Shown: positions 33,943-43,548 of the stretch, in pieces
Position numbering within the stretch: position 1 is the first letter of the stretch
Layout of the letters: every line of letters begins with the position of its first letter
Assembly (NCBI GenBank): GCA_963742965.1
Contig: CAVUOC010000006.1
Location: 5,967-69,966, forward strand
Reading direction: 5' to 3'
DNA: 64,000 bases
Source of the DNA: an uncultured beta proteobacterium
Lineage (GTDB): Bacteria; Pseudomonadota; Gammaproteobacteria; Burkholderiales; Casimicrobiaceae
Notes under the pieces: generated by a model
Databases searched by the model: none
Told to the model about the DNA's origin: nothing
Seen by the model: only the letters and a program-made list of their open reading frames with translations
Made by a program: the position numbers and the translations under genes

Positions 33943-34731
33943 TCACGTCCGAGGTACGGCTTGATCCAGCCGAGGCCCGCCGTCGGTCGTCGTCTTCGGC
34001 TTGTACTCGCAGCCGATCCAGCCGTCGTAGCCGAGGCGGTCGATGAATGCCGAAGAGGAACGGGTAGTTGATCTCGCCCGTGCCGGGCTCGTTGCGGCCC
34101 GGGTTGTCGGCGAGCTGCATGTGCGCGATCCGCGCTCGATGCTTCTCGATCGTCGGCGCGAGATCGCCCTCCATGATCTGCATGTGATAGATGTCGTACT
34201 GCAGCCACAGGTTGTCGCGAGCCGACGGCCGCGATGACGTCGATCGCCTGCTGCGGTGCTGGTTCAGGTAGAAGCCCGGGATGTCGCGCGTGTTGATCGG
34301 CTCGATCAGCAAGCTTGATGCCCGCGCCGGCGAGCTTCGGCGCGGCGAAGCGCAGGTTGGCGACGAACGTCTCGCGCACCTTGGCCGGCGGCCACGTCCT
34401 GCGGCGCGATGCCGGCGAGGCAGTTGACCTGCTTGCAGCCGAGCGCGGTCGCGTACTCGATGGCCGGCCGACGCCGTCCTGGAACTCGCCGACGCGGTCC
34501 GGCAGGCACGCGATGCCGCGCTCGCCCTTCGCCCAGTCGCCGGCCGGCAGGTTGTGCAGCACCTGCTTCAGCTTGTGCGTCGCCAGCCGCTCGGCGAGCT
34601 GCTCCTTCGGATACGGCGTAGGGGAACAGGTATTCGACGCCGGTGAACCCGGCTTTCGCGGCGGCGGCGAAGCGGTCGAGGAAGTCGACCTCGTTGAACA
34701 GCAGCGTGAGATTCGCGGCGAACTTCGGCAT
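33943..34731 (-). pseudogene. hyi: hydroxypyruvate isomerase, about 9 frame breaks
   Basis: MPKFAANLTLLFNEVDFLDRF.. / YPKEQLAERLATHKLKQVLHNLPAGDWAKGERGIACLP.. / AIEYATALGCKQVNCLAG / ..ETFVANLRFAA.. / LIEPINTRDIPGFYL / ..LWLQYDIYHMQIMEGDL..ADNPGRNEPGTGEINYPFLF / IDRLGYDGWIGCEYKP.. are spread over all three frames. The stop is assigned to TGA 33943-33945. Confidence 0.8.
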
Positions 34732-34748
34732 CGCGTCGCTCCCTTCGT

Positions 34749-35531
34749 CTATCGGGCTGCTAGCTCTTGAAGCGATCGCGAGAAGCGCTTCGGCGACCCG
34801 CGCGCAAGCAACCCGAGGTCGGCGCCCACGGCCGTGAACACGGTCCCGAGCTCGATGTAGCGGCGCGCCTGCTTCTCGTCGGGCGTGAGGATGCCCGGCG
34901 CCTTGCCGCACGCCTTGATCCGCTCGATCGCGTCGGCGATCGCGCCTGCACCTCCGGGTGCGCTGCGTCGTCCAAGTGCCCAGGCCCGCCGAGAGGTCGC
35001 CCGGGCCGATGAACACGCCGTCGACGCCCTCGACCTCGGCGATCGCCTCGAGATTGTCGAGCGCCAGCGCGCGTCTCGATCTGCACCAGCACGCAGATGC
35101 TCCTCCTCGTAGCGTTTGAAGTAGTCCTTGACCCGGCCGAAACGCGACGCGCGCGACGCCGACGCGAAGCCGCGCACGCCGCTGCGGCGGGTAGCGCGTC
35201 GACGCGACGGCCTTCTGCGCTTCCTCCTCGGTCTGCGACGTACGGAATGAGCAGCGTCTGCGTGCCGATGTCGAGGAAGCGCTTGATCATCACCGTGTCG
35301 TTCCACGGCGGCCGCACGATCGGGTGCGCGGTGCCTCCGATCGCCGCCTGCAGCTGGCTGTGGACCATCGGCAGCTCGTTGGGCGAGTGCTCGGTGTCGA
35401 GCAGCAGCCAGTCGAAGCCCGAGCCGGCGAGGATCTCGACCGTCAGATGTGGCTCGACAGGCTCGACCACAGGCCGATCTGCTGGCGCCCGGCCTTGATC
35501 GCGCGCTTGAACGGATTGGCGGGCAGTCCAT
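34749..35531 (-). pseudogene. garL: HpcH/HpaI family aldolase (GarL-like 2-dehydro-3-deoxyglucarate aldolase), about 8 frame breaks
   Basis: ..[27 protein letters not shown] / [51 protein letters not shown] / [18 protein letters not shown] / GVRGF.. / [10 protein letters not shown] / [29 protein letters not shown] / [12 protein letters not shown] / [19 protein letters not shown].. Confidence 0.75.
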
Positions 35532-35555
35532 GGCGTAGCTCGCTCTTGCAGTCGG

Positions 35556-37289
35556 TCAATGGATCTCGGGATCGGGAATCGGCTTCGCCGCGCTCGAGGA
35601 AGTCGAAGTCGCAGCCTTCGTTGGCCTGCGTGATGTGCTGCGCGAACATCGCGCCGTAGCCCGCGCGTGAATCGCGGCGCGGGCGGCTTCCACGCCGCGC
35701 GGCGCCGGGCCAGCTCGTCGTCGCTCGACCTTGAGCGTCAGCCGGCGCGCCGGGATGTCGAGCTCGATCACGTCGCCGTCGGCGACCAGCGCGAGCGGGC
35801 CGCCGACGAAGGATTCCGGCGCGACGTGCAGCACGCAGGCGCCGTAGCTCGTGCCGCTCATGCGCGCGTCCGAGATCCGCAGCATGTCGCGCACGCCCTT
35901 CTGCAGCAGCTTCTTCGGGATCGGCAGCTGGCCCCATTCCGGCATGCCGGGCGCGCCCAGCGGGCCGGCGTTCTGCAGCACGAGCACCGAGTTCTCGTCG
36001 ACGTCGAGGTTCGGATCGTCGATGCGCGCCGCCATGTCGTTGTAGTCGTCGAACACGACCGCCTTGCCCGAGTGGCGGTGCAGCTGCGGCTCGGCGGCCG
36101 GCGGCTTGATCACCGCGCCGTCGGGCGCGAGGTTGCCGCGCAGCACGGCGAGGCTGTCGCCTGGCGACGAGCGGCGCTGTCGAGCGGCAGGATCACGTCG
36201 TCGTTGAAGACCTTGGCGCCGGCGATGTTCTCGCCGAGCGTCTTGCCGTTGACGGTCAGCGCATCGTGGTGCGAGCAGCTCGCCGAGCCGGGCGAGCAGC
36301 GCGCGCAGCCCGCCCGCGTAGTAGAAGTCCTCCATCAGGTACTTGCCCGACGGGCGGATGTTGGCGAGCAGCGGCGTCTTGCCGCGCGAGCGCGTCGAAG
36401 TGGTCGAGATCGAGGCGGCACGCCGGCGCGGCGCGCCATCGCGATCAGGTGCACGACCGCGTTGGTCGACCCGCCGAGCGCCAGCACCGTGGTCACCGCG
36501 TTGTCGAACGAGTGCGCGGTCAGGAAGTCCGACGGCTTCAGATCCTCCCAGACCATCTCGACGATGCGCTGGCCCGTCAGCGTCGCCATCGCCGCATGGC
36601 GCGAGTCGGGCGCCGGGATCGACGAGGCGCCCGGCAGCGTGAAGCCGAGCGCCTCGGCGGCGCTCGTCATCGTCGACGCGGTGCCCATCGTCATGCAGTG
36701 GCCGGGCGAGCGCGCGATGCCCTGCTCGATCTCCTGCCAGTCCGCCTCGGTGATGTTGCCGGCGCGCAGCTCGGCCCAGTATTTCCAGGTGTCGCTGCCG
36801 GAGCCGAGCGTCGCGCCGCGCCAGTTGCCGCGCAGCATCGGCCCGGCCGGCATGTAGATCGCCGGCAGGTTCATCGACGATCGCGCCCATGATCAGCGCC
36901 GGCGTGGTCTTGTCGCAGCCGCCCATCAGCACCGCGCCGTCGGCCGGGTGCGAGCGCAGCAGCTCCTCGGTCTCCATCGCGAGGAAGTTGCGGTACAGCA
37001 TCGTCGTCGGCTTCTGGAACGGCTCCGACAGCGACATCGCCGGCAACTCGACGGGAAAGCCGCCCGCCTGCCAGACGCCGCGCTTCACCTCCTCGACGCG
37101 CTGCTTGAAGTGCGTGTGGCAGGGGTTGATGTCGCTCCACGTGTTGATGATCGCGATCACCGGCTTGCCCGCGTAGTCGCTGCGGTCGTAGCCCATCTGC
37201 GCGGTGCGCGAGCGGTGGCCGAACGAGCGCAGGTCCTTGACGCCGAACCAGCGGTGGCTGCGCAGCTCCTCGGGCTTCTTCCGGCTCAT
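35556..37289 (-). pseudogene. IlvD/Edd family sugar-acid dehydratase (xylonate/arabinonate-dehydratase-like), 8 or more frame breaks
   Basis: [69 protein letters not shown] (ORF 35556..37289), [32 protein letters not shown].. (ORF 36335..36874), ..[25 protein letters not shown].., ..[22 protein letters not shown] (ORF 35443..35937). The ATG overlaps the udh stop (ATGA). Confidence 0.75.
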
Positions 37290-38119
37290 TTCGCGCTCCT
37301 CGAAAGCCGCGGCGGGCGCTTGTCGGGCGGCGTGAAATCGATGGTCACGAATCCGCCGCCCTGATAGCGCTGCGCGACCGCGTCGAGCGGATTCTTCTGC
37401 TTCAGGATTTCGGCCGCATAGATCTCGGAATCCTGCTTCGGCACGTAGCCGAGCCGCGCCTCGTCCTCGCCGAAGTTCCAGTAGCGGCGCGTGTTGTTCG
37501 AGATTCCCCAGACGGCGAGATAGCCGACGTCGGGAACCGTCGAGGCAGCGCGTCGATCATGTGGAAGAAGTCGTCGTGCCCGAACCACGTGCTCAGATGA
37601 CGGAACTCCATCGGACGCGGCAGGCAGCTTCCGATCCGGATGCTCACGCCCTCGATGCCGTGCTTGTCCCAGTACATCCGCGTCATCGCCTCGCCCCACG
37701 ACCTTGCTCAATCCGTAGAAGCCGTCGGGACGGAACGCGCAGCCGGGATCGAGCTTGTCGTCGACAGAGTACATGCCGAACGCGTGGTTCGAGCTCGCGA
37801 AAACGACGCGCTTGACCCGGTGCCGGCGCGCGCCCTCGTAAAGCTCGTACAACCCGCGCAGATTGTTCTCGATGATCTCGGGCAGCGGCCGCTCGACGCT
37901 GGTGCCGGCGAGGTGGATGACCACGTCGACGCCTTCGAGCACGCGATCGACGACCGCCGGGTCGCGCAGGTCGCCGAAGCAGACATCCTCGCCGTCGACG
38001 AGCGGCGTGAGCGCCTTCGAGCCTCCCGCCGACCGGAGGTCGACGCGCCGCCGCAGCAGCTCTGCGCGCAGCACGGTCCCGAGCTGCCCGCGAGCGCCCG
38101 TCAACGCCACTTTTGTCAT
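37286..38119 (-). pseudogene. udh: uronate dehydrogenase (NAD-dependent, SDR/epimerase fold), 2 frame breaks
   Basis: ATG 38119 after GGAGAC. MTKVALTGARGQLG..VVFASSNHAFGMY..RPDGFYGLSKV (ORF 37286..38221), ..[37 protein letters not shown] (ORF 37402..37686), ..QRYQGGGFV. These motifs match characterised Udh as I remember it. Confidence 0.7.
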
Positions 38120-38208
38120 TCGATCTGTCTCCATCGCGACCCCGCGGAGGGGGGATTGTATCGCGGTCGCCAGCCCGCGCGTGCGCCGAAGCTGACGACG
38201 CCATCGCA

Positions 38209-38237
38209 TTCGAATCGACACCTTCGCCTGCTAGAAT
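38209..38237 (+). promoter_or_regulatory. candidate sigma70 promoter for fba-zwf (TTCGAA-17 nt-TAGAAT) with flanking repeats
   Basis: In the udh/fba divergent region. TAGAAT at 38232-38237 is flanked by the inverted repeat CCTTCGC..GCGAAGG, and GAATCGA occurs twice. Motif match only. Confidence 0.3.
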
Positions 38238-38326
38238 CGAACATCAGCGAAGGGGTGGACGCGGCGATCGAAGGCTCGACGCCGGCGCAGTGGTCCGGCC
38301 CCGGTTCCGATCACCGGAGGAATGAC

Positions 38327-39346
38327 ATGTCGAACGCGGAAATGGAAAAGACCGTCGCCGAACTGACGGCGCCGGGCAAAGGGATACTCGCTGCCGACGA
38401 GAGCGGCGGCACGATCGAAAAGCGCTTCAAGGTCATCAACGTGACGTCCACCGAGGAGACGCGGCGCGACTATCGCGAGCTCCTGTTCTCGGCGTCGGGT
38501 CTCGCGAGCTTCATCAGCGGCGTCATCCTGTACGAGGAGACGCTGAAGCAGAAGAGCGCGGCAGGCGTGCCGCTGCCGCAACTGCTGACGGCGCAGGGCA
38601 TCGTACCGGGGATCAAGGTCGACAAAGGCACGGTGCCGCTGCCGCGCTTTCCCGGCGAGAAGCTGACGCAGGGCCTCGACGGATTGGCCGAGCGGCTCGC
38701 CGAATACAAGAAGCTGGGCGCGCGCTTCGCGAAATGGCGCGCGGTCATCGACGTCGGCCCCGGCATTCCCACGCCGCAGGCGATCGCCGCCAACGCTCAC
38801 GCGCTCGCGCGCTACGCCGCGCTGTGCCAGGACCAGCAAATCGTGCCGATCGTCGAGCCCGAAGTGCTGATGGACGGCGACCATACGATCGCGACCGCGG
38901 CCACTGTCACCGACGAGGTGCTCCACACGGTGTTCGACGCGCTGCACCGGCAACGCGTCGTGCTCGAGTGCATGATCCTCAAGCCGAACATGGTGGTGCC
39001 TGGCTTGAAGTGTCCGCAGCAGGCGTCGCCCGAAGAAGTCGGGCGCGCGACGCTCGCGTGCCTGCGCCGCAACGTCCCGGCGGCCGTTCCCGGGATCTTC
39101 TTCCTGTCGGGCGGAATGAGCGACGAGGCGGCGACGGCCAACCTGAACGCGATGAACGCCGTCGCGAAGAAGCAGCCGTGGGTGCTGAGCTTCTCGTACG
39201 GACGCGCGCTGCAGGCCGCGGCGCTCGACGCGTGGCGCGGCGCAGCCGCGAAGAAGGCCGCTGCGCAGCAGGCTTTGCTCAAGCGCGCGCGTCTCAACGG
39301 CGCGGCGCGCGAAGGCAAGTACACGTCGGCGATGGAAACCGCCTGA
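38327..39346 (+). CDS. fba: class I fructose-bisphosphate aldolase
   Basis: Frame of ORF 37640..39346 from Met230 after GGAGGA: ..GKGILAADESGGTIEKRF.., PGIKVDKG, ILKPNMV, LSGGMS. 339 aa, uninterrupted. Confidence 0.9.
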   Translation: MSNAEMEKTVAELTAPGKGILAADESGGTIEKRFKVINVTSTEETRRDYRELLFSASGLASFISGVILYEETLKQKSAAGVPLPQLLTAQGIVPGIKVDKGTVPLPRFPGEKLTQGLDGLAERLAEYKKLGARFAKWRAVIDVGPGIPTPQAIAANAHALARYAALCQDQQIVPIVEPEVLMDGDHTIATAATVTDEVLHTVFDALHRQRVVLECMILKPNMVVPGLKCPQQASPEEVGRATLACLRRNVPAAVPGIFFLSGGMSDEAATANLNAMNAVAKKQPWVLSFSYGRALQAAALDAWRGAAAKKAAAQQALLKRARLNGAAREGKYTSAMETA

Positions 39347-39371
39347 GGTCGTTCTCCCGATTCGCGCGGCG

Positions 39372-40914
39372 ATGGTCGCCGCGCGCAACCGAAACACCTC
39401 ACGTGTCGCGCGGCGGATGGAACCGATGAGGCGAACGGCAACGCGCGTGCAGAGCGGCAGCCGGACCGAGCCGTGCCTTTTCGTGATCATCGGCGCGACC
39501 GGTGATCTCGCGCGGCGCAAGCTGTTTCCGGCGTTGTTCCAGTTGATGGAGGACGGCCTGCTCTCGTCGCGGTGCCGGATCCTCGGTGTCGCGCGCGACG
39601 ACCGGATGAACGACGAGCGGTTCCGTGCGCTCGCGCGCTCGGCGCTCAAGGGGCTCGCGCCGGCGACGAAGATCCGGCGCTGGTGCGCCGGCGCGCTGCA
39701 CTACCAGACGATCGCGGAGACGAGCGACATCGGCTACCGGGAGCTCGCCGGGCGCATCGCGCAGCTCGATCGCGTCCACGAGCTCGCCGGCAACTGCGTT
39801 CTCTATCTTGCGCTGCCGCCCTCGGTCGTCGAGCCGACGATCGAGGCGCTGGGCAAAGCGAACCTCGCGCGCAGCCGCGGCTTCACGCGGCTCGTCATCG
39901 AAAAGCCGTTCGGACACGATCTCGCGTCGGCGCAGAAGATGAACGTGCTCGCGCACCGGTATTTCGACGAGGCGCAGATCTACCGGATCGATCACTACCT
40001 CGGCAAGGAGTCGGTGCAGAACCTGCTCGCGTTCCGCTTCGGCAACGCGCTGTTCGAGCAGGCGTGGAACCGCGATCACATCGCGAGCGTCGCGATCAAC
40101 GTGGCCGAGGAGCTCGGTGTCGAGCAGCGTGCCGGCTATTACGAGCAGACGGGCGCGCTGCGCGACATGGTGCAGAACCACCTGACGCAGCTGCTGACGC
40201 TGACCGCGATGGAGGTCCCGGCCGCGTTCAACGCCGACAGCATCCGCTTCGAGAAGGTCAAGGTGCTGCGCTCGGTCGCGCCGATCCGCGCCGAGCTCGG
40301 TCGTCGTCGGCCAGTACGGTCCCGGGCCGCGTCGGACGCAAGCGCGTTCGCCGGCTACCGCCAGCGAGCCGGGCGTCGCGGCGCGCTCGACGACGGAGAC
40401 CTTCGTCGCGATGCGCCTCGCGATCGACAACTGGCGCTGGCAGGGCGTGCCGTTCTACCTCCGCACGGGCAAGCGGCTCGCGCGCCGGTCGACCGAGATC
40501 ACGATCGACTTCCGCAGCCCGCCGGTCGCGCTGTTCCGCTCGGTCGACGGGTGCGCGACGCACGCGAACGCGCTGGTGATCACGCTGCAGCCGAACGAGG
40601 GCTTCGACCTTTCGTTCGAGGTGAAGTCGCCGGGCGAGCAGTTCACGCTGCAGACGCAGCACATGGACTTCCGCTACGCCGAAGCGTTCGGCGACTCGCT
40701 CGCGTCCGGCTACGACACGCTGCTCCTCGACGTCGTCCAGGGCGATCAGACGCTGTTCGTGCACGCCGACGAAACCGAAGCGTCGTGGCGGCTCTACACG
40801 CCGCTCATCGGCAAGGTGCGACCGCTGCATTTCTACGCGGCCGGCGGCATGGGTCCCGCAGCGCTCGCGCAATTGGCGAAATCCGCGGCGCGAAACGGCG
40901 CGGCCAATCGCTGA
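39372..40914 (+). pseudogene. zwf: glucose-6-phosphate 1-dehydrogenase, 4 frame breaks within about 80 bp
   Basis: ..LFVIIGATGDLARRKLFPAL..RIDHYLGKESVQN..MVQNHLTQLL.. (ORF 39372..), then SVVVGQYGP / GRVGRKRV / AGYRQ / EPGVAARSTTETFVAMRLAIDNWRWQGVPFYLRTGKRL (ORF 40411..40914). Each junction (about 40295-40370) needs one base removed. Start is ATG 39372, 39417 or 39426. Confidence 0.85.
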
Positions 40915-41046
40915 CGCGCGTCGGCGCGATCCACGCGCGTCGGACGCGTCCGACAGCTGAAAGGAGCTGCCGCCTACGCCGCAGACGGCGGACGGCGGGT
41001 CTACAGTCACCGCATCGCCGTGGTCGCGTCGAGGAGCTCCGATCCG

Positions 41047-43077
41047 ATGATGTTCTTGCCGGCGGCGCGCCGCATCTTCGTCGCAGCCGCGCTCTTCCTG
41101 TCGCTGCTGTCGCACGCGGCTGCGCAGGTCTCCGACTCCACGGTGCTCACGCCGCTGCCGTTGCCCGGCCCGTATCCGGTCGGATGCAGCAACGTCGCGC
41201 AGGACTTCAGCCGTGTCGCGCCCGGCGAAGACGTGCAGGCGTACTGGGAGGGGCTGCCGCGCGACAACGGCGCCTCGCGGACGATCGCCGACCTGCTGTC
41301 GGACCCGTCGAATACGCTCGGCGTGACCGTCACCGCGCCGAACAACGGCGACGTGTTCGGTTCCTATGCGGGGCGGACCCTCTCCTTCACGGTCCTCGTC
41401 TGCTATCCGACGACATCGGACAATCCGCGTCCCGATTATCTGCTGCCGACCGGCCGCATCGTTCCGCACATGCAGCGCGGGTCCGAGCCGCCGCTTCTGC
41501 CCGACGCGACGTCGCGGTTTCCGCTGCTGCTGTTTTCGCACGGCTACGGCGGCAGCCCGCTGTCGAACGATTACATCACCGCGCTCACGATCCTCGCGAG
41601 CTACGGCTACGTCGTCGCCGCGCCGTTCCACAACGACTGGCAGTACAACACCGCCGATCTCTCGACTTCGCCGACATCGTCTATCTGATCGCTCACCTGC
41701 GCGACTATCTCGCGATGCAGGCGCTGCGTCCGCTGGCGCTCTCGGCGACGATCGACCTTCTGCTCGACAATCCGCAGTGGAGCGCGCGCGTCGATCCGAG
41801 CCAGATCGGCGGCTTCGGCGCCAGCCTTGGCGGCGAGTCGATGCTGCTGATGGCGGGCGCGGGGCTCACGACGTCGCTCGGACTGTCGTGGACCGTCGTG
41901 GACAGGGACCCGCGCCTCAAGATGGCCGTCACGTACGTTCCGTATTTCGGGCAACCGTTCTTCCCGGCGTTCGGCCGCGACCAGCGCGGGCTCGAAGGCA
42001 TCACGCTGCCCTTCCTCGCGATCAGCGGCACCGCCGACACGACGGCGCCGATCGCGATGACGTACCTCGGGGTTTCCCAGCTCGCCGGCACGCGCGAGCT
42101 CGTCGCGCTGAACGGCGTCACGCACGGCTTCGACATTCCGTCGACGAACGACATCTTCACCTGGACGCTGACCTTTCTCGACGCCGAGCTGCGCGGCAAT
42201 CCGGCCTCGAAAGACAAGCTGCTGCACGCGACGAGCGTGGCCGGCGGCGGCGACGATCACGTAGTGATTCCCTACAACGGGTTGGCTTCATCGGCCGTCG
42301 CTCAACTTCGGCGGACTGTGGTGGGCCGCTCCGGCCGGCTCCGAGCCCGGCTGGGCGCTGCAGCTCACGCACCAGGGCGACGTCATCGTCGCGACGTTGT
42401 CGACGTACGATCTCGAACGGCAAGGCCTGGTGGGTCACGATGGCGGCCTTCAAGGTCGCGCCAAACACGTATTCGGGAACCTTCTACGAGACGCGCGGCC
42501 CGCCGCTCGGCGCGCCGTTCGATCCGACGAAGGTGACCAACACCGCCGTCGGCACCGGAACGCTCACGTTCACCGATTCGCGATCGGGAACCTTCTCGTA
42601 CACGTTGAACGGCGTCACCCAGACGAAGGCGATCACGTTGTTCACGTTCGCGGCGCCGGTTCCCGTGTGCACGTTCGGCTCGACGATTCCGCCCGCGGCA
42701 GCGACGAACTACCAGGGCCTGTGGTGGGGCGCGCCCGGCGCCGAAACCGGCTGGAGCCTCGCGTTCACGCATCAGGACAACGTTCTCGTCGCCGATTGGT
42801 TCACGCACGACACCGACGGGCGTCCGATGTGGCTCTCCGTGGCGCTGTTCAACGTGACCGGCAAGACCTACGCCGGCGCGCTGATTCAGACGTCCGGGCC
42901 GCCGTGGAACGCGGTGCCGTTCGATCCGCGCGCCGTGATGCTGGCCACGATCGGTGCGGCGAGCGTGACATTCACCGACGGCAACGACGCGCGTTCACTT
43001 ACACGATCGGCGGCGTCACGCAGACCAAGCCGATCACGCGCTTCGTGTTCGTCGCGCCCGGCACGATCTGCCAGTAG
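41047..43077 (+). pseudogene. secreted alpha/beta hydrolase (PAF-acetylhydrolase/dienelactone-hydrolase-like) with two tandem C-terminal modules; about 4 frame breaks
   Basis: Signal peptide MMFLPAARRIFVAAALFLSLLSHAAAQ; ..FPLLLFSHGYGGS..; GxSxG as GGFGASLGGES (frame of 39372..42536). The C-terminal modules lie in frames of 42397.. and 41366... Breaks near 41660, 42295, 42415 and 42990. Stop at 43075-43077. Confidence 0.55.
42298..43060 (+). repeat. tandem duplication of a roughly 115-aa protein module inside the hydrolase gene
   Basis: Copy 1: SLNFGGLWWAAPAGSEPGWALQLTHQGDVIVA..NGKAWWVTMAAFKVAPNTYSGTFYETRGPPLGAPFDPTKVT..TLTFTDSRSGTFSYTLNGVTQTKAITLFTF. Copy 2: NYQGLWWGAPGAETGWSLAFTHQDNVLVA..GRPMWLSVALFNVTGKTYAGALIQTSGPPWNAVPFDPRAV..SVTFTDGNDARFTYTIGGVTQTKPITRFVF. 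Confidence 0.6.
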
Positions 43078-43091
43078 CGCGCACCGCCCGC

Positions 43092-43530
43092 TCAGTGCGT
43101 GATGACGACGAGCACGCTGCACGGCGCGTGCTCGATGAGCGCGCGCGTGCTGGAGCCGCGCCACCACCGCTCCGCCCAGCTGTCGAGGTGCCGATGGCCG
43201 ACGACGATCAGGTCGGCGCCGATCTGTTTTGCATAATTGGAAATCTGCTCGACGGAATCCCCGACCAGGACCTCGCCGCTGGCAGCATGGCCGGCCTCGG
43301 AAAGCCGTTTCAGGCCGTCGGCAAGGATTTCCTCGTACCTCTGTCCTCTCCGTTTCCGCGTCCGACCCGCTGTCGTAGAGAACGCCATCGACGGCAACGT
43401 TGATCGGCGACGGCATGATCGCGACGAGAAACAGCTCCGAATGGCTCCACTGCGCGATGTCGCGGCAGTTGAGCAGGGCCTTCTGTCCGGATTCCGAGCC
43501 GTCATAGGCTAGCAGCACTCGCTTGTACAT
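43092..43530 (-). pseudogene. universal stress protein (UspA family), one frame break
   Basis: MYKRVLLAYDGSESGQKALL.. (ORF 42886..43530) joins ..GQRYEEILADGLKRLSEAG..GADLIVVGHRHLDSWAERWWRGSSTRALIEHAPCSVLVV (ORF 43092..43505). One extra base near 43350. Confidence 0.75.
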
Positions 43531-43548
43531 CGCGGTTCCTCCTCTGCA

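Noticed and set aside
39372-42536. 1054-aa ORF that would fuse G6PD to a hydrolase
   Set aside because: The middle third is Arg-rich out-of-frame text. The real zwf continues in ORF 40411..40914 and stops there. The hydrolase has its own signal peptide starting at 41047.
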